DNA of 64,000 nt from a virus (taxonomy: Duplodnaviria > Heunggongvirae > Uroviricota > Caudoviricetes): IMG/VR virus record IMGVR_UViG_3300006143_000002, one strand, 5' to 3'. The notes below the pieces were generated by a model. It did no database searches. It was not told the DNA's origin and saw nothing but the letters and a program-made list of their open reading frames with translations. Positions within the stretch are counted from its first letter, which is position 1. Every line of letters starts with the position of its first letter. The position numbers were made by a program, and so were the translations under genes. Of the stretch, positions 37,549-47,853 are shown piece by piece.

Positions 37549-39546
37549 CTATTTATTTAATAATCTTGATAGTCCATTCTCATCTTTTATAACTGTAATT
37601 GTTCCATCATTAGGTATTGTAAGTTCTTTATGTCCAATAAATATTATACTAGAAACACTTTGTAATTCTTCTATTATCAAATCTATAATATTCATTTCAG
37701 CGTCACTATCACATTGTCCTAAAACCTCATCCAAAACTATTAAATTACAGTCAACATTTCCAAGATTTGATGCTAAATATTTCTGTGCTAATAACAAACA
37801 AATATTTACTCTTGTTTTCTCACCACCACTTAAACTCTCATAAGAAGCATCACCTAATCTTATATCTAACTTAGAATCGTCACCATCAATAATTATAACA
37901 TCTTTATGGTTACTAAATAATCTATTACTTAAATATTCTAACTTATCATTTAATATTTTTATACTATTTTGTAATAAATAAGTTCTAAATGGTTTTGTTA
38001 TTAGTTGTTGCGAATATTTACATACATCTACTAAATCATTTTGCTCATTCCATTTTGATTCAATTTCCCTTATTTGAATGTTGCTACTATTTATATTACT
38101 ATTTGCTTCATCTATCATTTCTTCATATTCTGCTGTACTTTGAATTTCAACTTTTAATAATTCCTCTTTTTTACCTTGTAGCATATCCTTTTTATTTTGT
38201 AATTCTCTTATTTGATTTTGCTTAGATGATATAAGCTCTCTCTGTTCTCTTATCTTATTTTGATTATCTTGTATATATTTTTCAATATCTTGTATTTGAT
38301 TATCTATATTCTGTATCCTATTTTGCTCTAAATCATATTGTTCTCTTATCTGTTTTCCTTTTTCTGTTTCTGTATTTATTTCAATACTCTTATTATTTAT
38401 TAAATTTTTATTATCTTGTATCTTATTTTGTATATCTAATATTTCTGTTTCTTTCTCTTTTATTAAATTTAAAATATGTTCCTCATTAGCATTATCATAT
38501 TTTCTACCACAAGTAGGGCATGTGTCTGACTTCCTAATACTATCTATCTCACTATTTAATCTATTAATAGAACTTTCAAAATTAGATATTTCAAATTCCC
38601 ACTTATCTACCTCAGAACTTAATTTATTAACTAAATCTCTTTGTGTATTTAGTATATTGTTTATTTCTTCTCTCTTATTCTCTATTTCTACTCTATTAGA
38701 TTTAAGATTATTCATATCTAATTGTTTATTACTAATTACAGAATCAAATTCAGGTATAACTATATTTTCAATATCTACAATATCATTATTCAATATATTA
38801 ATATCTTTATGTATTTGATTTATTTCAATATCTATTTCTTCTACATTTCCCAAAGACTTCTTTTTTTCATTCTCTATCTTAATATCATTTATTTTAGAAT
38901 TTAAGGTATTTATTTGACTTTGTAATGATTGTATATTACCTTCTAATTTTGTTTTGTCTAAAGTCAATCTAGTACACTCAGCTTCATACTCTATTTGTTT
39001 GTTCTTTATATATAGTTTAAAATCTTCAATTAGTTTTTCAGTTCCTGTTAATATTTCTAATCTTTCTTTTCTAGCAGTTGGTGATAAAGAACTTAAATTT
39101 GTACTTACCCCCTGTGCTAAAAATATACTATCAAGGAATAAGTCTTTATTTATTCCTAAATATTTTTGTATTAACTTATCTGTATCTGTTTTATTTCTCC
39201 CAGATACATCTATACCATTTTCTAATAATTGTATATTAGATTTTCCATTTTCTTTATATCTAATAATTGTGTAATTAATTCCATTTATACTTAAATCTAA
39301 ACTAACTCTATATCCTTGATTTAATATCCTATTCTCTGGGTCTTTTATCCCTAAACTTGTTTCTCCATATAAAGAAAATATAATAGATTCAAAAATACTT
39401 GATTTTCCACTACCATTGCTTTTAACATTAGCCTCATAGTTATTTATTCCTTTAACTACAACTATTCCTTTACTGTCAAGTTCAAGTTCTATATTCTCTA
39501 CTGATTGAAAATTCTTTATATGAATTTTTTTAAATACAATATTCAT
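37549..39546 (-). CDS. sbcC: SbcC/Rad50/gp46-like SMC ATPase
   Basis: NGSGKSS, coiled coil with CPTC zinc hook, LSGGEK, VLDEV. Confidence 0.9.
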   Translation of the reverse strand: MNIVFKKIHIKNFQSVENIELELDSKGIVVVKGINNYEANVKSNGSGKSSIFESIIFSLYGETSLGIKDPENRILNQGYRVSLDLSINGINYTIIRYKENGKSNIQLLENGIDVSGRNKTDTDKLIQKYLGINKDLFLDSIFLAQGVSTNLSSLSPTARKERLEILTGTEKLIEDFKLYIKNKQIEYEAECTRLTLDKTKLEGNIQSLQSQINTLNSKINDIKIENEKKKSLGNVEEIDIEINQIHKDINILNNDIVDIENIVIPEFDSVISNKQLDMNNLKSNRVEIENKREEINNILNTQRDLVNKLSSEVDKWEFEISNFESSINRLNSEIDSIRKSDTCPTCGRKYDNANEEHILNLIKEKETEILDIQNKIQDNKNLINNKSIEINTETEKGKQIREQYDLEQNRIQNIDNQIQDIEKYIQDNQNKIREQRELISSKQNQIRELQNKKDMLQGKKEELLKVEIQSTAEYEEMIDEANSNINSSNIQIREIESKWNEQNDLVDVCKYSQQLITKPFRTYLLQNSIKILNDKLEYLSNRLFSNHKDVIIIDGDDSKLDIRLGDASYESLSGGEKTRVNICLLLAQKYLASNLGNVDCNLIVLDEVLGQCDSDAEMNIIDLIIEELQSVSSIIFIGHKELTIPNDGTITVIKDENGLSRLLNK

Positions 39547-39565
39547 TTGAAAACCTACCTCATTA

Positions 39566-41464
39566 CTAAAATAATTTATTCTGTTGTGTTTTGACTTCAT
39601 CTATCTTATAGTCACCTTTAACAAAAATAGCAACTTCTTGTAGCATATTTACTCTTTTTGCCATTGCATTTTTCATATTTAGTACATTACTAGATAAACA
39701 CTTAAAACCAACATTTTCCATCATTTTTATCCATTTTTCTTTATATTTATCAATTCTTTCAGTTTGTAAAATTACTATTCCTCCGTCTTTCATGTACTTA
39801 TAAACATTTGTGAATATAGGTGTTGAAAAATACTTATGGAAATCATCATAATCTTTCATACCTTGTATCTGTTCTTCAAAACCATCATACATTTCAAAGT
39901 CAAAGTAAGGTGGAGATGTGTAAACAAAATCAACCTTATTCTCTAATTCTGGTTCATAAATTTTAGAATCTTTTATTCTAACTTCAAAATGTTGTCCAAA
40001 TTTTTTATATTTATTTAATATAGGCATAAAAGTACTGTTAAGATAATTCCATTCTTTTGAATTTGTATCATTTCCTATATATGTTTTAACACCATATTTA
40101 GCAAACATTAAAACCCTATCTCCATGCCCAGCAAAAGGGTCAAATACAAATGCACTTTTAGGGCAAAATTCTTTTAATAATTCAGGATTACCTTTAAAAC
40201 TTCCATATATGGCAAATCTATCTATTGCAATTTGTTTAGGGTATGTATATCCTTTTGGTACAGACATATCCATTTGTATCTTACCACTTGGAAAATCATA
40301 ATGTACTGTTCCATCTTCATTATATTTAAAATATTTAATACCACCAATACAATCTTCATCATCTACTCTTATTCCTCTAGGACGATATGTTGCTGAAGCC
40401 TTTGTTGAAAATGCAGCAGCAGTTGTCATATCATTATCAGATATACATGATGTACTTGTACTTGATATCCTATCTGCTCTTATTCCTCTTGGTTGATATG
40501 TATGACTTGTAGTATTTACCATAACAGATGCATCTTGAACACCTGCATCAATACTTCTAGTTGCAATACTTGTTCCAGATACCCTTGAAACCCTACCATT
40601 TTTAGATATTTTAACATCTTGGCAATTTTTACACAAACCATTTATATACCTATTATTAACACCACAACAATCGCATTTATTACCATCTATGTCTATATAA
40701 ATATCTTCATTCCCAGAACCAACTATCGAACCATTCTTATTTAATAATTCTAATTCATAATTTTTAAATGGGTCACATTTTAATTTTAAATCTAAATATA
40801 TTTCATATAACCATTTTCTGTCTTCTAAAATTGGTAAATTTGGGTCTAGGTATTCATCAAACTGTCTATATGTATTTTTTAGTGCATTTATCTCCTCAGA
40901 TACCATACTTTTTTCACTTTTAATTTTATGTTTTGATAATTCAAAAAACTTTTCAAATTTAGTTCCTTTTATTACTGTATCAAAATCTTTGATTTTCATA
41001 AATCCATCTCTATCAATAAATCCATTTTGTCCTAAATATATTAATGAATAAAATGCTCTATTATGTGTACCATCTCTAAATGTTTGATTTCCATTTTCGT
41101 CATGCATAAACTGTTGTGTGTCCATTCTGTATTTCATATTAAATGCAGATAAATATCCATTATTTGTATCAAAATCTTGTTGCTTACCTTTAAAATATTT
41201 ATAAATACTATCTTCCAACTTATCTATTGTAATACTATCTTGTTGTTTATTCCAATAATATTCGTAAAGGTCATTTGCAATATCTATTTGCCATAATTCT
41301 GGGTTAGAATATACTCGAAATGAACTGTCATACCCAATTAGGATATGACAATCATTCCACCAATACATATTAATAATATCTTTAGCAATTTTCTGTTTTA
41401 GCTTATTTTTATCCCCTGTAATTTTAAATTCAGGATTCTGAAAAATATTCTGTACTAAATTCAT
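39566..41464 (-). CDS. Modular DNA methyltransferase 1: unknown N-domain, Zn ribbon, ~2 repeats, amino-MTase domain
   Basis: CDCC...CKNC; FDPFAGHGDR (motif I); YTSPPYF (motif IV); ends QQNKLF. Confidence 0.8.
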   Translation of the reverse strand: MNLVQNIFQNPEFKITGDKNKLKQKIAKDIINMYWWNDCHILIGYDSSFRVYSNPELWQIDIANDLYEYYWNKQQDSITIDKLEDSIYKYFKGKQQDFDTNNGYLSAFNMKYRMDTQQFMHDENGNQTFRDGTHNRAFYSLIYLGQNGFIDRDGFMKIKDFDTVIKGTKFEKFFELSKHKIKSEKSMVSEEINALKNTYRQFDEYLDPNLPILEDRKWLYEIYLDLKLKCDPFKNYELELLNKNGSIVGSGNEDIYIDIDGNKCDCCGVNNRYINGLCKNCQDVKISKNGRVSRVSGTSIATRSIDAGVQDASVMVNTTSHTYQPRGIRADRISSTSTSCISDNDMTTAAAFSTKASATYRPRGIRVDDEDCIGGIKYFKYNEDGTVHYDFPSGKIQMDMSVPKGYTYPKQIAIDRFAIYGSFKGNPELLKEFCPKSAFVFDPFAGHGDRVLMFAKYGVKTYIGNDTNSKEWNYLNSTFMPILNKYKKFGQHFEVRIKDSKIYEPELENKVDFVYTSPPYFDFEMYDGFEEQIQGMKDYDDFHKYFSTPIFTNVYKYMKDGGIVILQTERIDKYKEKWIKMMENVGFKCLSSNVLNMKNAMAKRVNMLQEVAIFVKGDYKIDEVKTQQNKLF

Positions 41465-41478
41465 TATTAAACCTCTTT

Positions 41479-44400
41479 CTAAAATAATGTGTTGCTTGAT
41501 TGTTTTGCTTCTGCTCTTCCATAGTCACCTTTAACAAAAATTCCTATTTCTTGAATAGTTTTATTAATACCATGTTTCTGTTCATTACTTAAATCATTCT
41601 CTGTAATATTTTTAAATCCAACACTTACCATCATATCTATCCATTTTTGTTTTAGTTTTTTATCTTTCTCTGTTTGTAATATTACAACACCACCATCTTT
41701 CATATATCTATATACATTTTTAAAGATAGGTATTGAAAATTCTCTATGGAAATCATCATAAGTTTTCATACCAGCGATTTGCTCTGTAAACCCATCATAC
41801 ATTTCAAAATCAAAATATGGAGGAGATGTGTAAACAAAATCAACCTTATTCTCTAATTCTGGTTCATAAATCATTGAATTTTTGATTCTAACCTCACATC
41901 TTTGGTTAAATCTCTTATATTTATTTATTAATTCAATTAGATTATTATTTAGGAAATTCCATTCACGTTCATTTGTATCATTTCCTATATATGTTTTACA
42001 GCCATATTCCATAAAGAATAATGCTCTGTCTCCGTGTCCTGCAAATGGGTCAAATACAAAAGCATTTGAAGGGCAAAATTGTTTTAATAATTCTAAATTC
42101 CCATTAAAACTTCCAAACATAAAAAATCTATTTGTAGATATATTATCTGGATATTTATAACCATCTGGAATTGTCATATCAAATATTTTACCTTGAGATG
42201 AATAGTATCTAACAGTATTTTCAGATGTATAAACAAAATCTTTTATATTTCCAATAAATTTAACATCATTACTATTTAATGCAGATGGTGAGGTTGTTAT
42301 GCTACTTCTACTTGCTTTTCCTGCCTCATCAACTGTATCTTTATTTCTTGCAAATGATTGTTCAGATGTAGTTGTACCTACATTTACACTATTTGCAGAA
42401 ACAGATGTTGTCATACTACTTCTACTTGTCATACCTGCTTCTGCTGTAGTTTCTTCTACATTTACATTAGAAACTCTTGATGTAGTTGTTCCAACATTTA
42501 TTACATTTTCAGAACTTAATTTTGTTTGAAATGCACTGGTTCTAGCCTCCATACCTATTTGAGATACTGTATTATCTCCTGTTGTATGTGAATTTCCTGA
42601 AGTTGAATTTCCCACTCTTGTTTTTGAGTTTGCAAACTCATTATTACCTACATTTACAGCTCTAACAGCGGTTTGGAATCCAGCAGTTCTTGATTCTAAA
42701 CCAGCTCTTTGAACACTCTCTTCTGATGTTACATTTGATGCCCCTGATGAATGTGTAAATGCTGCAATTCTACTATCATGACTTGCAAATTGCAATGTTT
42801 CATCATCAATTACACTTGAATTTGCACTTGATTTTTGCATACCTATATTTAAGCCTCTTGATTGTGAACTACCACTTGAAACACTAACATTTGCAACAGA
42901 ACCTACACTATCATCTGATATTGATGTGCTATGTGCAGATGTTGATGTGCCAACTTGAACTGTATTTGAATTACTTGCAGATTTAGAAGCATTATGTCCT
43001 GCTTCTGTTAAAATATCTGCTCTCATTGTTTCACTATTTGATGTTGTTTGTGTACCTACTTGCACACTTTGATTTTCTAATTGCATTCCTGAAGCTCTAC
43101 TAGCTATACTTGCTGCAGAAGCACCACTTACAATAGATATTGTATCATCAAGTACTGTATGAGATTTACCAGTTATATTTACACTTACATTTTGACCTGG
43201 CATTCTACTTACTTTACTTGCAACTGCTGTATGACTTGCATCTGACATTCTTTCTTCTGCAACTGCTGTTGATATTCCTGTTGTATTGTTACTTACTGTT
43301 ACTTCTCCTACATTATACCCAACAGACTTACTGGCATTACTTTTTACTGCTGTATTTCCAGCACTTGATAACTCATCATCACCTATCACACCACTATTTC
43401 CAGAAGGTGCAGTACCAACATTTAATCCTGCTGCTCTACTAGCTCTACTTGCAACAGAGTTCCAAGACACATTATCTATACTCTCATCGCTTACAGAATG
43501 TCCTTGTCTTGATGTACCATCACTAACTCTAAAACTTCCTGAACTTGCACTTGAAGCTGCCCCTGCTAATTTAACTGCATCTTGTTGAATTGAATTACTT
43601 TTTTGACTTATATTCCCATATAATTTATTTCCTATCATTCTATCTTTAAAATTCATTTCACAACAGTCTTTACATAAGCCGTTTCTAAAATGAGGTTTAC
43701 CACAATTTACACATGCAATATCATTATAATATATAAATTCATTTCCACCCATAACTATAAAACCATTTTTTCTTAATAACTCTGTTTCATAATTTTTATA
43801 TGGGTCACATTTTACTTCTACATTAACACAAAAATCATATAACCATTTTCTATCTTCTAAAATTGGTAGATTTGGGTCTAGGTATTCTCTAAAATCCTTA
43901 TATGATTTAGCCAAATCTCTTATTTCTTTTTTAACACCATTCTCTCCATCATCAAAATGGTCTATACAAGTTTCAAAATATTTCAAGTATTTAGGATTTG
44001 ATTTTACAACTTCATTCCAGTCTTTCAATCTTACTTTATTATCAAAATCAATAAATCCATTCTGTGCAATATATATCAATGAGTAAAAAGGTCTTGTAGG
44101 TGTACCATCTCTAAATGTTTGATTTCCATTTTCATCTACCATACATTGTCCCTTATCTGCTCTAAATGGAATTGTAAATTTAGGTAATACTGTTGTTTGT
44201 ACTCCTATATATTTAGAATTTTTCATGTGATTATAAATTTCATTCTCTAAATCTTGATAATTAGTATATCTATCTACTGTATAGTTCCAGTAAAACTCAA
44301 ATAAACTATTTGCTGCATCTAGTTGCCATCTTTGTGGATTTGTGTATTCTCTCTGACCATCTTTATATCCAACTAATAAATCGCAACTGTTAAACCAATT

Positions 44401-44499
44401 CATATTGATTATATCTTTTAATATTCTCTTTTTTAATTTATGTTGGTCTCCCTCAATTTTAAATTCAGGGTTTTGAAAAATATTTTGTATTAAATTCAT
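41479..44499 (-). CDS. Modular DNA methyltransferase 2: same layout with ~11-12 repeats
   Basis: Paralog of 39566..41464; CVNC...CKDC; FDPFAGHGDR; YTSPPYF; ends SSNTLF. Confidence 0.8.
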   Translation of the reverse strand: MNLIQNIFQNPEFKIEGDQHKLKKRILKDIINMNWFNSCDLLVGYKDGQREYTNPQRWQLDAANSLFEFYWNYTVDRYTNYQDLENEIYNHMKNSKYIGVQTTVLPKFTIPFRADKGQCMVDENGNQTFRDGTPTRPFYSLIYIAQNGFIDFDNKVRLKDWNEVVKSNPKYLKYFETCIDHFDDGENGVKKEIRDLAKSYKDFREYLDPNLPILEDRKWLYDFCVNVEVKCDPYKNYETELLRKNGFIVMGGNEFIYYNDIACVNCGKPHFRNGLCKDCCEMNFKDRMIGNKLYGNISQKSNSIQQDAVKLAGAASSASSGSFRVSDGTSRQGHSVSDESIDNVSWNSVASRASRAAGLNVGTAPSGNSGVIGDDELSSAGNTAVKSNASKSVGYNVGEVTVSNNTTGISTAVAEERMSDASHTAVASKVSRMPGQNVSVNITGKSHTVLDDTISIVSGASAASIASRASGMQLENQSVQVGTQTTSNSETMRADILTEAGHNASKSASNSNTVQVGTSTSAHSTSISDDSVGSVANVSVSSGSSQSRGLNIGMQKSSANSSVIDDETLQFASHDSRIAAFTHSSGASNVTSEESVQRAGLESRTAGFQTAVRAVNVGNNEFANSKTRVGNSTSGNSHTTGDNTVSQIGMEARTSAFQTKLSSENVINVGTTTSRVSNVNVEETTAEAGMTSRSSMTTSVSANSVNVGTTTSEQSFARNKDTVDEAGKASRSSITTSPSALNSNDVKFIGNIKDFVYTSENTVRYYSSQGKIFDMTIPDGYKYPDNISTNRFFMFGSFNGNLELLKQFCPSNAFVFDPFAGHGDRALFFMEYGCKTYIGNDTNEREWNFLNNNLIELINKYKRFNQRCEVRIKNSMIYEPELENKVDFVYTSPPYFDFEMYDGFTEQIAGMKTYDDFHREFSIPIFKNVYRYMKDGGVVILQTEKDKKLKQKWIDMMVSVGFKNITENDLSNEQKHGINKTIQEIGIFVKGDYGRAEAKQSSNTLF
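42270..43600 (-). repeat. Degenerate ~35-40-aa protein repeat array inside MTase 2
   Basis: Recurring S..(V/I).(D/E)(D/E)(T/S)....A/G...S..S....(G)xNVG units. Confidence 0.7.
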
Positions 44500-44521
44500 T
44501 TTCTCTTACACCTCTCTGCTA

Positions 44522-44534
44522 TTTATAACATCTT
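44522..44534 (-). promoter_or_regulatory. Class II promoter upstream of the MTase pair
   Basis: AAGATGTTATAAA. Confidence 0.65.
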
Positions 44535-44538
44535 TAAT

Positions 44539-44772
44539 CTACTTATTAAATATGATTTTATATCCTGTCCCTTGACACTCTTTACAATTTAATCTTTCTT
44601 GAATATTGTCTAACTTTTTATTTTTAGAACATTTACAAACCTTTATCTCTTTAATATTACATTGTTTTAAACAAGCTGCTATAATTCCTTTATAATTTTG
44701 ATATTCTAAACATATATCATTTAATATAGATATATCCCTCATTACATCTTCTTTACATCTCATATCAAACAT
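44539..44772 (-). CDS. Small Zn-finger protein
   Basis: CKC...CKECQGTG. Confidence 0.55.
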   Translation of the reverse strand: MFDMRCKEDVMRDISILNDICLEYQNYKGIIAACLKQCNIKEIKVCKCSKNKKLDNIQERLNCKECQGTGYKIIFNK

Positions 44773-44785
44773 ACTTATACACTCC

Positions 44786-45661
44786 TTAAAATAATTTATT
44801 AGAAATCTCTTTTTCTTTTTCCATATTCAGCACCTTTAATGCACTTTCATACAAATTGACACATTCTCTTGTAGTATCATTTTTAAGTTGACTTAGTTTT
44901 CTACAGGATACAACGTCACCTTCTATATCTGTAATTGTTTTTCTTCTTCCTTTACACAATCTTATAGTAACGTCACCATTTGCATTTGGGTATCCTAGGA
45001 ATGCACCAGTATCTCTAATATTAGAAAATATCTTTTTAACAAATCCATCGCTAACTCTATAAACAACATAACGCTCTCCGTTATTATTATATTTAGGTAA
45101 GGTATTATTTCCAATAGTAACACCTTTATAGCTCACATCATTTCTAAACACCCATCTTATATTATCGCTACTTACATCTGTTCCAGTATTATTTTTATAG
45201 CACACTCTAAGCTTACTTTGGTCTATTGGTATTTTAGATTCAAATAGTCCATCTTTAAATAAAATGTATTTTGGTTTAGGAACAAATAATTCTGCAACTG
45301 TTCTTCCTACCCATAATTTATAAGATTTACCATCACTAATAATATTTGCATATAAATAATTGTTTACAGTTCCATTACCCTGTTCCTTTTCAGATATAAA
45401 TTTATCCATAAATACAGATACCTTTGTATATTCCCATTTACTAAAAGACTTATTGTAAATCTTTCTAAATATGTTTCCTTTATTACTAATCATATATTCT
45501 CCATTGAATTTTGGTATATCTGCGAATAACTCTCCCTTTAGTCCAACCTCCTCGACCTTATATATTTTAGTATTAAGATTAGAATATACAATATATTCTA
45601 AATAATCTAACAACTTAAATCCATATACACCTTTATTAGACTTTTTTATATGTTTACCCAT
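44786..45661 (-). CDS. NUMOD4-HNH-NUMOD1 homing-endonuclease-like protein, catalytic residues degenerate
   Basis: DIPKFNGEYMISNKGNI (NUMOD4); VGRTVAELFVP and VCYKNNTGTDVSSDNIRW in place of VHRLVA..F and VNHKDG.K.NN...NL.W; VKKIFSNIRDTGAFLG (NUMOD1). Confidence 0.7.
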   Translation of the reverse strand: MGKHIKKSNKGVYGFKLLDYLEYIVYSNLNTKIYKVEEVGLKGELFADIPKFNGEYMISNKGNIFRKIYNKSFSKWEYTKVSVFMDKFISEKEQGNGTVNNYLYANIISDGKSYKLWVGRTVAELFVPKPKYILFKDGLFESKIPIDQSKLRVCYKNNTGTDVSSDNIRWVFRNDVSYKGVTIGNNTLPKYNNNGERYVVYRVSDGFVKKIFSNIRDTGAFLGYPNANGDVTIRLCKGRRKTITDIEGDVVSCRKLSQLKNDTTRECVNLYESALKVLNMEKEKEISNKLF

Positions 45662-45672
45662 TCAAAACACCC

Positions 45673-46842
45673 CTAAAATAAATTACTTGATTTATTTGAA
45701 ATCTTATCCATATTTTCTTGACTTTTATTTTCAATTCCATATTTAGCTTCCCAAGTATTTATAACTTCTCCAGTATCATAATTAGTTATATCATTTACAT
45801 TAACTTCTTCTTGCCCTTTAACTTCTCCAATAACTACATTATATAAATTCATAGGATATCTTAACTCAACACCTGAATTTAAAAAATCTTTAAAAGATTG
45901 TTTTATATCTAAATTACTTTCCAATGTAATATTACTATTTTGATTTTGTTCTTCTTGCTTAATTGATTTTGTAACTATTTTATAATTAAGTATTTTATTA
46001 CAATTTTGTAATAATGCTTCTATATCATTTTTCATCTCAAAATCACATTCAACCTGTAATATAAAATTATAGGTGCTATTCTCTGCTTCTTTAATATAAT
46101 CATTAGCTTCTTCAATAGTATCTATTTTTATTTTTCTAAATAAAGGGCATATTTTATTTTCAAACTCTTTCAATTCTTGTGTAATTGTATCAAATATATA
46201 ACAAGTAGGAACTGAATCAGTGCTATCTGCAAAAGAATGAGTTGTTATACTTCCTACATTTACTATATTTGCAAATTTACTACAAGCATGAACATGCCCA
46301 TTAAATACTTTCTTAAATTTAGATAAACTGTCTTTCTCTATTCCAAAATCAAGTATTCTATTTGCAGAAATTTTACTACCATATATATCGTGGTGCATAA
46401 AAGCATAATCACTACCATTATAATTTGATAAGTCTAAATCTTTATAGTCACAATATGGTAAGAATAATAAATTGTCAATAACTGTTGGTGTATCAATAAC
46501 TTGTATTCCTTGTATATTGTCTAATAATTTTAATACATTATAATCTGTATTAAGCATCTCATGATTTCCACATAATATTATATGTTGTTTATTTAGATAT
46601 TGAAATACTTTAAAAAATTCACTTGCAGTATCTATATCATAGCTTGTTATTGTATTTTGGTCGAATGTATCTCCTAAATTTATAATCATATCAACATTAT
46701 TTTGTTGAATAATATCTGTCATCCATTGTGCAGTTTTTACTATCATATCTTGTCTATATGTATATTTTCTATAACTACTTGTAATAGGTAATATACTACT
46801 TGTTCTACTTATATGTACATCTGAATATATAAATAATCTCAT
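45673..46842 (-). CDS. sbcD: SbcD/Mre11/gp47-like metallophosphoesterase nuclease
   Basis: SDVH, LGDTFD, GNHE, HHD, GHVH; ends SSNLF. Confidence 0.88.
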   Translation of the reverse strand: MRLFIYSDVHISRTSSILPITSSYRKYTYRQDMIVKTAQWMTDIIQQNNVDMIINLGDTFDQNTITSYDIDTASEFFKVFQYLNKQHIILCGNHEMLNTDYNVLKLLDNIQGIQVIDTPTVIDNLLFLPYCDYKDLDLSNYNGSDYAFMHHDIYGSKISANRILDFGIEKDSLSKFKKVFNGHVHACSKFANIVNVGSITTHSFADSTDSVPTCYIFDTITQELKEFENKICPLFRKIKIDTIEEANDYIKEAENSTYNFILQVECDFEMKNDIEALLQNCNKILNYKIVTKSIKQEEQNQNSNITLESNLDIKQSFKDFLNSGVELRYPMNLYNVVIGEVKGQEEVNVNDITNYDTGEVINTWEAKYGIENKSQENMDKISNKSSNLF

Positions 46843-46844
46843 TG

Positions 46845-47231
46845 CTACAACCCCCTGCTTTTAAACTTATTATATAAATCTTTTGATATATCATAAAAAA
46901 ATTCAACACCACCAAATGTCATTCCTTCTTCATCGTAGTCTGATGTTGTTATAAGCAAGTGGTAACAAGTAACACCATTATCATCATAAGTATCCACATT
47001 CACACTAAATTTAACATAATCATCACTATTATTTGCATTATAACTCAATAAAATATTACCCATCATTATAATTTCTTCTATCTGGCTCTCTGATAAATAC
47101 TTAATTACATTCTTTTCACCACCTGATATAAATTCTAATTCTTTTAATATAGGATATCTTCTCTTCTCAATGTCACCAACTGTTTCTCCCTCATATCCCT
47201 TTGCTTGGCAAATATTTATTCTTAAACTCAT
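46845..47231 (-). CDS. Hypothetical protein
   Basis: 128-aa ORF. Confidence 0.6.
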   Translation of the reverse strand: MSLRINICQAKGYEGETVGDIEKRRYPILKELEFISGGEKNVIKYLSESQIEEIIMMGNILLSYNANNSDDYVKFSVNVDTYDDNGVTCYHLLITTSDYDEEGMTFGGVEFFYDISKDLYNKFKSRGL

Positions 47232-47233
47232 TA

Positions 47234-47503
47234 CTATACCTCCTCAACTAATCCTGCATGAATTAAATCTCTAATTGCAAATAAATCATTAAGTGCTGGT
47301 ATCCATGCAAAACCATATTTCTTTTTAATTATAATTTTTCTATCATCATATATTGCTAATCCTCTAACCATATTATGATATGGTATTGGTATAAGTTTTA
47401 AAAATTTAGGAAAATAAACTTTATAATATCCTCCAGTAGATGGGTCATATTTATACCCAAAACTTTTTAGCTTTTGTAAGTCTACATTCTCTTTAATTTT
47501 CAT
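47234..47503 (-). CDS. Hypothetical protein
   Basis: MKIKENVDLQKLKSFGYK...DLIHAGLVEEV; common phage small-protein pattern. Confidence 0.6.
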   Translation of the reverse strand: MKIKENVDLQKLKSFGYKYDPSTGGYYKVYFPKFLKLIPIPYHNMVRGLAIYDDRKIIIKKKYGFAWIPALNDLFAIRDLIHAGLVEEV

Positions 47504-47853
47504 TATTTACCTCTCCCATCTAATTTTATATCACTATCCATTAATATTGGACATGGGGCATCAAAATCCCATTTACTTTTAGTACCACAATTAGTACACT
47601 TATAATAAACAAAATCTGTATCTTCTATAAAACTATTATTTTCAATTAAATCAGCATTACATTTGGGACAATATATAAAAGAACTTCTAATTCCCTTTTG
47701 TACCTGATTTTTCTGGTATCTTTCTCTATCTACTACCCAAATAAAACATAACCATCTAAATATATAATAGTGAGTTACCATTCTTTTAGGTATTATATAT
47801 TTATACCAATTTGCAAAACTAATACCAAACTTTATTGTTTCCATCTGTTTCAA
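47503..47853 (-). CDS. Zn-ribbon protein
   Basis: CPKC...CTNCG. Confidence 0.6.
   Translation of the reverse strand: MKQMETIKFGISFANWYKYIIPKRMVTHYYIFRWLCFIWVVDRERYQKNQVQKGIRSSFIYCPKCNADLIENNSFIEDTDFVYYKCTNCGTKSKWDFDAPCPILMDSDIKLDGRGK

Noticed and set aside
42270-43600. Diversity-generating retroelement TR/VR pair in the MTase repeats
   Set aside because: No reverse transcriptase in the window and differences are not adenine-specific; repeats are only recognisable at protein level
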